NCBI GenBank assembly: GCA_965219415.1
Contig: CBDCNP010000002.1
Coordinates: 2,912,001 to 2,976,000, forward strand
Reading direction: 5' to 3'
Origin: Candidatus Marinacidobacterales bacterium
Lineage (GTDB): Bacteria; Acidobacteriota; Vicinamibacteria; Marinacidobacterales; DATDRI01
DNA length: 64,000 bases
Shown: piece by piece, positions 21,737 through 31,035 of the stretch
How positions within the stretch are numbered: position 1 is the first letter of the stretch
Layout: the number at the start of each line of letters is the position of its first letter
Made by a program: the position numbers and the translations under genes
Notes under the pieces: generated by a model
Database searches by the model: none
Told to the model about the DNA's origin: nothing
What the model saw: only the letters and a program-made list of their open reading frames with translations

Positions 21737-22010
21737 TACCTCATTCACGACCGGGACTCGAAGTTTTGCGAGTCGTTCCACCGGACCATCGATGCGGTTG
21801 GCGTTGCGCCCGTCAAGCTGCCTGCACGGAGCCCGGATTTGAACTCGTTCGCGGAGCGCTGGGTGAAGTCAGTCAAATAGGAATGTCTCTCGAAGCTCAT
21901 CCTGTTCGGCGAGAAGTCGCTCCGTCATGCGCTTAGGGAGTACGTCGTCTACTATCACCACGAGAGGAATCATCTAGGCAAGGAGAATCTACTGCTGTTC
22001 CCAGCCATCG
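21737..22010 (+). mobile_element. Degenerate rve transposase fragment
   Basis: Homologous to 63718-64000 (LNSFAERWVKSVK...YHHERNH) with a stop codon. Confidence 0.65.
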
Positions 22011-22020
22011 AACAGTTACC

Positions 22021-23199
22021 TCAGTCCGAGCGCAAGGAAGGCTTGCCTTCTACGGGAGCCACGAGCCAACCGGTTCTCGGGTTACCTCTAGTGATGCGCT
22101 GAGGCTTGATCCCCGGAAGGACCCGCTCGAAGTCACTGAAAAGCGAAGGGACACCGTGGGCCTTGAGCCATTCGCCGTCGTTCATCATGTTGAAATGAAC
22201 GAGGCCGGCCTTTCCCACCTTTCCGATCACCTGTCCGGCGTTCACGCGGTCACCGATATCCACCGTCACGCTTCCCGGTAACAGGTGACAGGTCAGCGTG
22301 TACTCACTGTTACCATGATCGATGGTGACGAGATTACCCGCGAACACATCCCCATCTTCTTCGAGGAGCTCGCGAGCCGGCCTTGCGCCCCGACCGTAAT
22401 CTTCGATGTCGTTGCGCACGTCGACGACGACACCGTCACCGGCCGCCAGCACGGATTCCCCGAAGCTCTCCTCGTCGGCCTTAGCAAAGTCCCATCCCAT
22501 CGTCGTGAGGTTTCGAAAACCGGTGCGCCGGTGGCCGGAGTTGACGTCGTTCCCTTTGAGCACTGCCCAGGTTCCGGAGAAGGGAAGCCGCAGTCTCGCT
22601 TTCTGCTCGTGGCGCGTGAGGGAGATGGAGTGTTCGAGAGTTCGCAACTCACCCTGCGCATTGCGGAGATGAAACATAAGGTGAATGTTGTCGACATCCG
22701 CATAGGCGGGTCGGACGAACGGAATTCGGATCCAAGTGATCCTTTCACCGGCCGGAAGCTCAGGCTCGGTGGCCACTTCCTTTCCGAACATCACGTTGTC
22801 GAGAAAATAGCCCGTGTCCAGTTGGTAGGCTCCTTCGATCCATTCCATGCTTTCCAGATATTTCCGCGGCAGGGCTTCATGCCAAAGAGTTTTCTCGCCG
22901 CGCTTGAAGGAAATGTGCGCTTCGTCGAAACTCAGCGGCTCGTCTTCGCGCGATTCGAAGGCCAGGTGAAAGAGCCAGCTGAGGTCTTGGGTTTCTGCGG
23001 TGTCCCCGCTTTTCTTTGGAACCCCCTCGACGACGGTGTAGACGGTTTCCGGAACGGTCGTGACTTGGACTTTGGCCGGTGGTGGCACTTCAGTCCCGCC
23101 ACATCCCATCCATCCCACCGAGAGCAACGAGATGATCAGAGCAACCAGGCTCTTATCTTTCATGATCCATCCTCCTGGGGACTGCTCGTGGCCTGACAT
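22021..23199 (-). CDS. M23-family peptidase, probable lipoprotein
   Basis: Lipobox-like WMGC; LPFSGTW, H...WDF, AAGDGVVV, GNLVTIDHG, CHL, GQVIGKVG...HFN. Start may be at MKDKSL. Confidence 0.75.
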   Translation of the reverse strand: MSGHEQSPGGWIMKDKSLVALIISLLSVGWMGCGGTEVPPPAKVQVTTVPETVYTVVEGVPKKSGDTAETQDLSWLFHLAFESREDEPLSFDEAHISFKRGEKTLWHEALPRKYLESMEWIEGAYQLDTGYFLDNVMFGKEVATEPELPAGERITWIRIPFVRPAYADVDNIHLMFHLRNAQGELRTLEHSISLTRHEQKARLRLPFSGTWAVLKGNDVNSGHRRTGFRNLTTMGWDFAKADEESFGESVLAAGDGVVVDVRNDIEDYGRGARPARELLEEDGDVFAGNLVTIDHGNSEYTLTCHLLPGSVTVDIGDRVNAGQVIGKVGKAGLVHFNMMNDGEWLKAHGVPSLFSDFERVLPGIKPQRITRGNPRTGWLVAPVEGKPSLRSD

Positions 23200-23346
23200 C
23201 TACCAAAGCTTCCGGGCGCGAAGCAAACGGCCAGCGGAATCATTGCGTTTTGACCAAGCTTTCCGGCGTGCTGCAAGCGAGGGCGTCGCCTGACTCTTAG
23301 CGGCCCTGGACTTCGGCCAATCGACGATACGGAATGTTGGCGTCAG

Positions 23347-23559
23347 TTACTCGTTGGACGATCGCCCACCCACCACGCTCCATCCACCCCGACAGTGCTT
23401 GCGGCGATACAGCAGCGGCCCGACGCTCGAGTCGGCGGCAGAAGTCGGCAGCGTGTCCGTCGTCACGGCAACGGCACCTTTCGGTTGGACGAGCGGTAGC
23501 AGAGGCGCAGTTGCTAAAGTGAGCAGCACCCGCCTCCGAGTCAGCGTTAGCTTCTCCAT
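23347..23559 (-). CDS. Small peptide with Tat-like N-terminus
   Basis: MEKLTLTRRRVLLTLATAPLL...; strong AGGAGG RBS; directly downstream of the DMFase-beta-like gene. Confidence 0.4.
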   Translation of the reverse strand: MEKLTLTRRRVLLTLATAPLLPLVQPKGAVAVTTDTLPTSAADSSVGPLLYRRKHCRGGWSVVGGRSSNE

Positions 23560-23585
23560 TATCGCAGTTCCTCCTGAGTTGCCCC

Positions 23586-25230
23586 TTACTGTGGGTGCCA
23601 GTCGCCACCGACCGGAAACGTTATGTGGCCGTCGACGGTTTCCGGTGCAAGCGATGGAATACCGCCGAGGCGAGACAGTATGTTGTGTGTCATTTTCTCG
23701 ACATACCAGTCGCGTTTGATCAAACCCTGAACCCATTCGCAGGTACCCGCATTGAAGCCGGTTCCCCCAACGCGCTGGTAGGTCACCATACATGCCATCC
23801 TCGGGGTCGGATTGTTGTCCTGGGGGGCAATCGGAAACCCTGTGTTCAAAGGGGCCATACCTTCCCAGCGGTCCTCGTCGCCGAGCGGGATCGGCAGCAT
23901 ACCGATGATCTCCAGATTCTCAATGTGTGGATAGTTCGCAGTCACGACAGGGAGGCCGTCCTTCATCTGCCAATCGTCGTTCAAAATGCCGTCGAGCTCG
24001 AAGGCCGCGATGCCAACCGGGACGCCGCCCAACAGGTCGCCATAATAAAGATCCGTGCCCGAGAGCGTCCAATGGTTTGGCCGATAGATAAGGTACCCCG
24101 CCGGCGAGCGCGGCCCCGTGTTTCCGTAACGCAGATAGCCGGTGGCGTGGAGTCCGAAGGTGCTGTTGACCGGCTCCGCGAATCCCTCTTGCGGTGCCGA
24201 GCCGTCTGCTCTCGAGCCGCGCGCCTGCGTCGTTCCGTTGTTGCCCAACGTCATGCGCGCCGCGTTGAAGATGTTGCCGCCGAATCGCGCGAAGTTGTTG
24301 CCCGCTTCGAGAAACTTGTCGAGCACGCTGCGCATCTTCTCGCTGTAGTACTCGTCGTGTCCAACGGCGATTGCGCAGCGATGACCGTCGAGTATGTTCG
24401 GGTCTTCGTCGAGGTCCTGCTGCGTAATAATGTCCAGCTCGTAGCCCACTTCTTCCATCCATACCACAAAAGGACGTTCATAGGTTGCCCAAAAGGCGTC
24501 GTTGAAGTGGGGCGAGTAGCCGTGGAACCGGGCCCACTCATAGACCGGAAAGCGAACCCGCCAGAATGGCGGCTTATCGCTGTAATCCGCCTCGCGCGGA
24601 TAACCCGGCGGCAGGCGCAGCATGCCGCGCGCCAGCGGACGCTGCGTGGAGACCACGGCCGCCCCGATATTCTTTCGAGGATCGGGATTGTCGAGTGGTA
24701 GTCCTTGATACAGGTTCGCCCCGCCCCAGTCGTTATAGGCGTTCATCGTAGACGTGGTCATGATCAGGACCAGCGGTCGCCGCTCCTCGGGCCGCGGTCG
24801 CAACACGAAGAAATGCTCGCGCTCGAAGAGCTCGCCTTGCTCATCCCATGTCTTGACGATAATGAGATAGAAACCGCTCTCCCATTGCGGATCGATGAGC
24901 ACGGTCAACAGCACGGGCCATCCAGAGCCGATCTGGTAGCAATCTCTCGGTGTTTCCGTGTAGCGGCCCGGCACGTTTGTGCGCTCGAACACCGTCGTCG
25001 GTCGCGCGCCGTCCTTCACAATCGTGACGTCGAACGTCTTGGTCGTCGAAGTGGCATGGATCTGGATCGTCTCACCGTGCGCGTAGCTGTATTTATCGGT
25101 GTAACAGTAGACCTGTGGTCCGTCTTCGATGGTGCCCGGAAACTCAATCGGCCAACCTCTTTGCGACCAGGCGTATTCCGGGTCGCGGCGTGGACGAGTC
25201 GACGGACGATCGATCAGGAAATCTTGCATA
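23586..25230 (-). CDS. N,N-dimethylformamidase beta-subunit family protein
   Basis: YCYTDKYSY..GE, W.SGFY, TMNAYNDWGGANLY, GHDEY, FNAGTCEWV; probable ATG at about 25230 after GGAGG. Confidence 0.82.
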
Positions 25231-25463
25231 GGCCACCTCCGCGCTTTGGTCGCCATCCTACCTCTTTTTGGTATTCGCGAAATCTCGGCCGTGCCGCACC
25301 ACGAGATCGGCACGATCGGGAAGGTTCGGGCGAGTTGGTCCTGTTCATGCGTTGGGATTGTGATGATGGTTCCCTGGGTGCACACGCCTTGGACGGCGGC
25401 TTGCGATCGCATCGGGTGGGAGGATCACGACGCCAACTCTTCGGTTGGCCGACGCGGCTGGAC

Positions 25464-26417
25464 CTATGAGTGATAGCAGACTCCGGGCAAGATGCACAGC
25501 ATTTCATAGAGCAGGTTTGCGGCCAGGAGTGCAGTGTTTCCCGACGTGTCGTAGGGTGGGGCCACCTCGACCAAGTCGCAACCCACCACGTCCAGGCCTC
25601 GGCAACCGCGGATGACCTCGATACCTTGCACAACCGTGAGGCCGCCGATTTCCGGTGTCCCTGTACCAGGGGCGTGCGCCGGATCCAGACCGTCCACGTC
25701 GAAGCTAATGTAAACGGGCCCTTTTCCCAGCTGGTCTCGAACTTCGGCCATGAGTGGGTTCAACGAGCGATGCCAGCAGTCATGGGCGGGCACAACCCGG
25801 AACCCCTGAGCTCGCGACCAATCGAAATCTTCGGCGGTGTAGCCGGTGCCTCGCAAACCGATTTGAACGACTCGCGGGCCGTCGACCAAGCCCTCCTCGA
25901 CAAGCCTCCGGAAGGGGGTCCCGTGGGTGACCTTCTCCCCAAACATCTCTGCGTTGGCGTCGGCGTGGGCATCCACGTGCACGACTCCCAGTGGTCCATG
26001 TTTCTCATGAAGCGCTCTCAATACCGGAAGCACAATAGTGTGGTCTCCTCCTAGGGTCAGGGGCCGGCAGCCGTTGGAGCAGATAGCGTGATAGGCCTCC
26101 TCGATGATGGCCATGCTTTTGTCGATGTTGAAAGTATTGATCGCGACATCCCCCAGATCGGCAACTTGAAGGCTATCAAAGGGCGCAGCACCGGTGGCCA
26201 GGTTGTAGGGGCGAATCAGGCAGGACTCGGCTCGGATTTGCCGAGGGCCAAAGCGTGCACCGCTCCGATTCGAAGTTCCGATATCGAAGGGTATGCCGAC
26301 GAAGCAAGCATCGAGCCCTTTCGATGTCGTCTGAGACGGCAGCCGCATCATCGTGGCGGGTCCCCCAAAGCGGGGCATCTCGTTTCCACTCAGAGGTTGG
26401 TTGAATTGTTTACTCAT
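25464..26417 (-). CDS. Ureohydrolase (agmatinase/guanidinobutyrase, GbuA-like)
   Basis: QPLSGNEMPRFGG, GGDHT, DAHAD, HGTPF, DVDGLDP.HAPGTG, DLVEVAP. Confidence 0.92.
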   Translation of the reverse strand: MSKQFNQPLSGNEMPRFGGPATMMRLPSQTTSKGLDACFVGIPFDIGTSNRSGARFGPRQIRAESCLIRPYNLATGAAPFDSLQVADLGDVAINTFNIDKSMAIIEEAYHAICSNGCRPLTLGGDHTIVLPVLRALHEKHGPLGVVHVDAHADANAEMFGEKVTHGTPFRRLVEEGLVDGPRVVQIGLRGTGYTAEDFDWSRAQGFRVVPAHDCWHRSLNPLMAEVRDQLGKGPVYISFDVDGLDPAHAPGTGTPEIGGLTVVQGIEVIRGCRGLDVVGCDLVEVAPPYDTSGNTALLAANLLYEMLCILPGVCYHS

Positions 26418-26446
26418 CTACGGGTCATTCCGCTCGCTCAGGGTGG

Positions 26447-27871
26447 TCATCCTCGAACGTAACCGCCGCGACCGGCGGGCATCACGAACAGACGGGTCAG
26501 CAGGTAGTAGGAGCACATGGTGACCACCATCGCCGGCAGCGACGCCGAAAGGTGTTGAAAAGCACTACCGTTGGCAAAGGTGAAGGGGTCGAACAACAAA
26601 AAGTAGGTAGCAACGCCCAATCCAACTGACAGGATTGCCAGAAGATTGACACCTGCCCAGAAGAAGTAGGGACTAGACCGAGAGGTGTTAAAGATCTTCC
26701 GAATGTCAATCCGCTGTCCTCGCAACAAGAAGAAGTCGACCAACCACAGGCCGGCGAGCGGACTCATCAATGTACCGGTGATAGCCAGCAGAGTACCGAA
26801 GTGAGAGTACACCCATTGGGAGAACAGCGTCAGCACAGCACAGGGCACGATGAAGACAGTAAGCAGGCGAGTCCAACTCATATGTTGAAACAATTTCCTT
26901 TGTCTCAGTGCCACGCAGGCCACGTAGACTGTTGAAACCGTTGCCGTGATGTTGCCGAATCCGATGAACAACAGCACGATGACGCCTAGGCCCACGCCCG
27001 CCATTGGAACCATCCATTGGGTGGGGTCACTGCTGCCGAAGCGAAGACCCGCGATCAAACCAACCACGCTTCCCATCACCGCAAAAAGGTTGAGACCAAT
27101 CATGTTGGGCCAAAAGGCCGACCGCCTGGACTTGGAAAGACGTGACAGGTTCCCCATGAAGCACCACCAGCCGAACCCGGCACCAAGATTCAACTCGAAG
27201 ACGATGATGTATCCTTCCCACCGGTCCACGGATGGATCCAACGGCGGTAATGCCAAAAGCTCCGCGATTGACAGCTCCCTGAGGATAATCACCACCATCA
27301 GAACCAGGATGACGCCGAGACCGGGAGCTACAAAACGGTTCAGCTCGCGAATAGACTTGGCCCCGCGTCTCAAAACGAGCCACACGAAACCTAGCCCTAG
27401 CAATGCGCAAGAGACAGTAATCCAGGTCTCCAGAACTTGGGATACGTCCACCAGCGTTCTTAGAATATTGAGGAAGACGTTCCCCAGCATGGCCATCAAG
27501 ACGGCTGTCCATCCGACCCAGATGACCTCTGCGAACGTCAGTGGGAAGAGCGTCCCCCTATGACCGAACACACTGCGAAGGAGAGTAAACTGTTCAATGC
27601 CATACTTATTGGAGACGATGGTAGTGGACAATGCCATCAACAAGACGGCGACTGAGTTGCCCGCCAGGATGGCGGCGATACCCATTTTCACACCGACGTA
27701 GTTTGCGCAAATGCCGCCGATCAAGAACACCCAGGTAGCGATCGCCAAACCGATGGTAATCAGCGTATAGTCGAGAAATCCCCAAATTCTCGCTTCCGGC
27801 AGGATGGGTAGAACTTCATTCCAACTCTCGCGAGTTATCTCCTCCTCTACGCTCAACTCCTGCTCGCCCAT
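26447..27871 (-). CDS. NCS1-family (cytosine/purine/allantoin) permease
   Basis: About 12 TM segments; KYGI....LRSVFG..G, W.GW, ..DFFLLR, FWAGVN motifs. Confidence 0.85.
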   Translation of the reverse strand: MGEQELSVEEEITRESWNEVLPILPEARIWGFLDYTLITIGLAIATWVFLIGGICANYVGVKMGIAAILAGNSVAVLLMALSTTIVSNKYGIEQFTLLRSVFGHRGTLFPLTFAEVIWVGWTAVLMAMLGNVFLNILRTLVDVSQVLETWITVSCALLGLGFVWLVLRRGAKSIRELNRFVAPGLGVILVLMVVIILRELSIAELLALPPLDPSVDRWEGYIIVFELNLGAGFGWWCFMGNLSRLSKSRRSAFWPNMIGLNLFAVMGSVVGLIAGLRFGSSDPTQWMVPMAGVGLGVIVLLFIGFGNITATVSTVYVACVALRQRKLFQHMSWTRLLTVFIVPCAVLTLFSQWVYSHFGTLLAITGTLMSPLAGLWLVDFFLLRGQRIDIRKIFNTSRSSPYFFWAGVNLLAILSVGLGVATYFLLFDPFTFANGSAFQHLSASLPAMVVTMCSYYLLTRLFVMPAGRGGYVRG

Positions 27872-27892
27872 GATTTCTTTCTCGAGAGAACC

Positions 27893-28117
27893 TCAGTGCC
27901 ATCCCCAAAACATTGCCAGGATGGGAAGCACGAGTCCCAACAGCACCATCAACAGATAGTCGAATCTGTTGAACTTTCCAAGGGGTGTAACGTCGCGCCC
28001 CTCCGGTGCCAGGATGGTGAGCCTCCTTTCAAGCTCTTGGTGAAAGGCGCTCCCGAGCGTATCAGCGGAGCCGTCCGCGTCGGACGACGAGCTCTGATTG
28101 TGATCCTTCATTATCAT
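27893..28117 (-). CDS. Small single-TM protein upstream of the permease
   Basis: 74 aa, C-terminal TM helix (DYLLMVLLGLVLPILAMFWGW); co-oriented with the permease. Confidence 0.6.
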   Translation of the reverse strand: MIMKDHNQSSSSDADGSADTLGSAFHQELERRLTILAPEGRDVTPLGKFNRFDYLLMVLLGLVLPILAMFWGWH

Positions 28118-28259
28118 GGTTACTCACTGTCGCTGGTCGGGACCGCGACGGACCGCGCATCTTGCCGTGCGAGCAAATAGCGAGTCCCGTGCGTGAAGCT
28201 GAGTGCTGGACTTGAAAGACTGGCCGGCGGACCGGATCAAAGTGAGGCTTCGGCGTCGA

Positions 28260-29087
28260 TTACGCTGCGCCGCTCGTCTCCCGTGCTCCTCGCTTGTGTT
28301 CGGCGACGGGCCGATGGCCGAGCTCACCCGAAATCTTCCAAGCCGCACTCGTTGCGAGTGAAATGAGTCGCTCACGTTCATTGGGAGAGAAACGGCTCTT
28401 GGGAACCGTGAGGCTTATCCCGGCTACCAGGGCGCCCTTCTCGTTAAACACCGGCGCACCGACCGCACAGACGCCATCTTCGTACTCCTCTTCCTCTACG
28501 GAATGACCGCATTCACGGATCTTCCTGAGCCGCTTCCTCAGGTCCGAAACATTAGTAAGGGTGCGAGAGGTGAATTGCTCGAGATGAATGCTCTTCAGCA
28601 GTTCCTCGCTTTCGCTATCCTGCGCGAACGCGAGAAAGAGTTTAGGCGAAGCTCCTACGTGCAACGGCAGCATCTCCCCCACTCGGTCTGAGACACGGAG
28701 CCTCCGGCCGCTCTCGCGATGGCCCACACAGACGGCATGATGACCGCGCCGTACGAGCAGATGTGCGACCTCCTGGCTCTCTTGCGCGAGCGATTCGAGA
28801 TGAGGAGATACGAAGGAGAAAAACTCGAAGTGTCGAGGTACGTGATGGGCCAACCGCATGAGAGTCACGCCAACTTGGTAGGCCTGCGTCTCGGGATCCT
28901 TTCTGAAATAGCCCCGAGCCTCGAGGGTTTGGAGAATCCGGAACGTGCGGTTCTTGCTGAGCCCAACCCTCCTGCTGAGCTCGCTCACTCCTTGCGAGGC
29001 CTGTGGCCATTCCAGAGTGCTCTCGAGCAACATTAGGGCCGCGTCCACGCTTGCGATCCGATTCTGTCTTGGGCGTCGTGGTGGCAT
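28260..29087 (-). CDS. IclR-family transcriptional regulator
   Basis: IASVDAA HTH (GVSELSRRVGLSKNRTFRILQTL), PLHVGASPK, GVCAVGAPVF. Confidence 0.92.
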   Translation of the reverse strand: MPPRRPRQNRIASVDAALMLLESTLEWPQASQGVSELSRRVGLSKNRTFRILQTLEARGYFRKDPETQAYQVGVTLMRLAHHVPRHFEFFSFVSPHLESLAQESQEVAHLLVRRGHHAVCVGHRESGRRLRVSDRVGEMLPLHVGASPKLFLAFAQDSESEELLKSIHLEQFTSRTLTNVSDLRKRLRKIRECGHSVEEEEYEDGVCAVGAPVFNEKGALVAGISLTVPKSRFSPNERERLISLATSAAWKISGELGHRPVAEHKRGARETSGAA

Positions 29088-29138
29088 ATCAATCGGTGAC
29101 TACTAAATTAACTTTCAGGCTCGTGACGCCACTCCTTT

Positions 29139-30572
29139 TCACTGCGTGCCCGGTGCTTTGTCGGATGCTGAGGGTGGTGGCTCGTTTGCCTCCGGACGAA
29201 CTCCCCAACCCCAACGGGCAGCGTAGTCTCGAACCTGGTTGAGCAGGTCTGGAGGAAAACGGTCTGGAAAAGACACGGTAAGATCGTCGGCAAGCCGTTT
29301 AGCGAGCATCGCGCCCATCAGTAACCCGTCAGCAAGCCCGACCGGACCGCACCATTTGAGGTTGTCCTCAGGGGTGTGGTGGCCACCGCCGCTGTGGCTC
29401 TGCCCGAACGATACGGCCGGCACCTCCAGCGCGGCAAAGTTCGTACTGTCGGTCCCCGACGGCCCAACGCTCCACGCCGCTTCCAGACCCGACTCTTCCA
29501 TGACTTCTTCGACAAACTGTACCCACTCGTTCGGCCCGGCTCCGCGCCAGCGAGGGGTTCCCAAGATGGAGCCTTGACCATCGAAGTTTAATACTGCGAC
29601 GATCCGCTCGACGTCCTCAGGGTGAGCTCGCAGGTAGGCTTCGCTACCGTGGAGCCCGGTCTCGTGCCCTCCCCAGGCAACGAACCGAAGCGTTCTCTCT
29701 AGCGCTGAACCTTGGGAGAACGCACGGGCCAACTCCATCACGATCGCGACTCCGCCACCGTCGTCGGCGGCGCCGGGGCTGGTGATCGCCGAATCATTGT
29801 GACCCCCGATAAGGACAATCTCCTCGGGCCTCGAACGTCCCCGAATATCACCAATCACGTTACGTGATTCACCCCAGGTCACCTCGGCCTCCACCGCCAT
29901 TCCCACCCGGCGCGGCCCGCTCTTCAGTAGCCGCACCGCGTCCTGGTAGGTGATATCTACCGAAGGCGGAGTATCCTCTTCGAGGGACCGTTTGAAGTTG
30001 TAATAAGCCATAGGCATCCCACCGGGATGCCCGGCGCGCGAGTAGAAGATCATTCCCGCGATGTTGTGCGGTAACAGCCGCTCGGTGAGCCAGTAGTCGG
30101 GATAGTCGGCCGCGACGTCTCGTTTGATGAGAACGATCTTTCCGCTCAGGTCCTTTCCTTCGAGATGATGGGCGCTCGCGTTGCCTAGATCGACCAATTC
30201 TCCGGTGACCCCTTCCGGTGGCGTGGTGCCCCCAAACCCGATCGCTTTACTCGGTAAGTAGAGTGACTCCTCGCCCTCGGTCCACACTCGCGCCGACCGA
30301 GGGTGCCAAAGGGGTTGGCGAAACGTCTCGATCCGTGCGTCGAGACCCCAGCCCTCGAATTGGTCAAGAATGTACTCGGCGGCGCGGGCCTCTTCCTCCG
30401 AACCGGCGGGGCGTTCTCCGATTGCACCGGCGAGGACCACCAGGTGATCAAACGCCTTTTCCGGCGAAATCGGCGGTAGCTCAGCTTTCTCCTGACCCGG
30501 CTCTCCCGCCGCCGCTAGAAAGACCGCGAAAAGAATAGTGGTTGGAATGGAGAGTGACGCAAGGCGTATCAT
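29139..30572 (-). CDS. Secreted PA-domain M28-family metallohydrolase (paralog 1)
   Basis: Signal peptide; IGERPAGS, HNDS, GAADDGGG, GHETGLHGS, NFD, HHTPEDN. Confidence 0.88.
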   Translation of the reverse strand: MIRLASLSIPTTILFAVFLAAAGEPGQEKAELPPISPEKAFDHLVVLAGAIGERPAGSEEEARAAEYILDQFEGWGLDARIETFRQPLWHPRSARVWTEGEESLYLPSKAIGFGGTTPPEGVTGELVDLGNASAHHLEGKDLSGKIVLIKRDVAADYPDYWLTERLLPHNIAGMIFYSRAGHPGGMPMAYYNFKRSLEEDTPPSVDITYQDAVRLLKSGPRRVGMAVEAEVTWGESRNVIGDIRGRSRPEEIVLIGGHNDSAITSPGAADDGGGVAIVMELARAFSQGSALERTLRFVAWGGHETGLHGSEAYLRAHPEDVERIVAVLNFDGQGSILGTPRWRGAGPNEWVQFVEEVMEESGLEAAWSVGPSGTDSTNFAALEVPAVSFGQSHSGGGHHTPEDNLKWCGPVGLADGLLMGAMLAKRLADDLTVSFPDRFPPDLLNQVRDYAARWGWGVRPEANEPPPSASDKAPGTQ

Positions 30573-30574
30573 AT

Positions 30575-30973
30575 TTAGTCTCCGACTGCGTCGACCTGGA
30601 CCTCGACCAACCAGTCCGGATCGACGAGCCTGCTGACTTCCACCAGGGTCGAGGCCGGCGGCTTCTCGCCAAAGGCCGCCTTGGCAATCGGCTTCTCGTA
30701 CTTCATATATTCATCCATGTCCGTCGTGAACGTATAGATATGAATAACGTTGTCCCAGGTGAGGTCGACCGATTCCAAGGCTTTGCTGGCCATGTCGTAA
30801 ACGAACTCGAGCTGGCGTTTCATGTCCCCCTTGCCAACGTTTTCCCGACCAAGCCCAACCGCCACCTGCCCCGAGATTCGATAAAATCGCTTCCCCTCGC
30901 ACCGCACGATCTGCGCATAGAGATTGTCGAAGGGCTCATGCAAAACTTCTGGATTAATCGTTTCGATTTTCAT
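30575..30973 (-). CDS. RidA/YjgF-family protein
   Basis: ISGQV and PPASTLVEVSRLVDPDWLVEV; lacks the Arg of canonical RidA (Rid4-7-like). Confidence 0.85.
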   Translation of the reverse strand: MKIETINPEVLHEPFDNLYAQIVRCEGKRFYRISGQVAVGLGRENVGKGDMKRQLEFVYDMASKALESVDLTWDNVIHIYTFTTDMDEYMKYEKPIAKAAFGEKPPASTLVEVSRLVDPDWLVEVQVDAVGD

Positions 30974-31035
30974 TCATATCCACCCGGGAGCCGCCCACCT
31001 GGCCCTTGGACGGCTCCGCTTATATGGCAGGGCAG

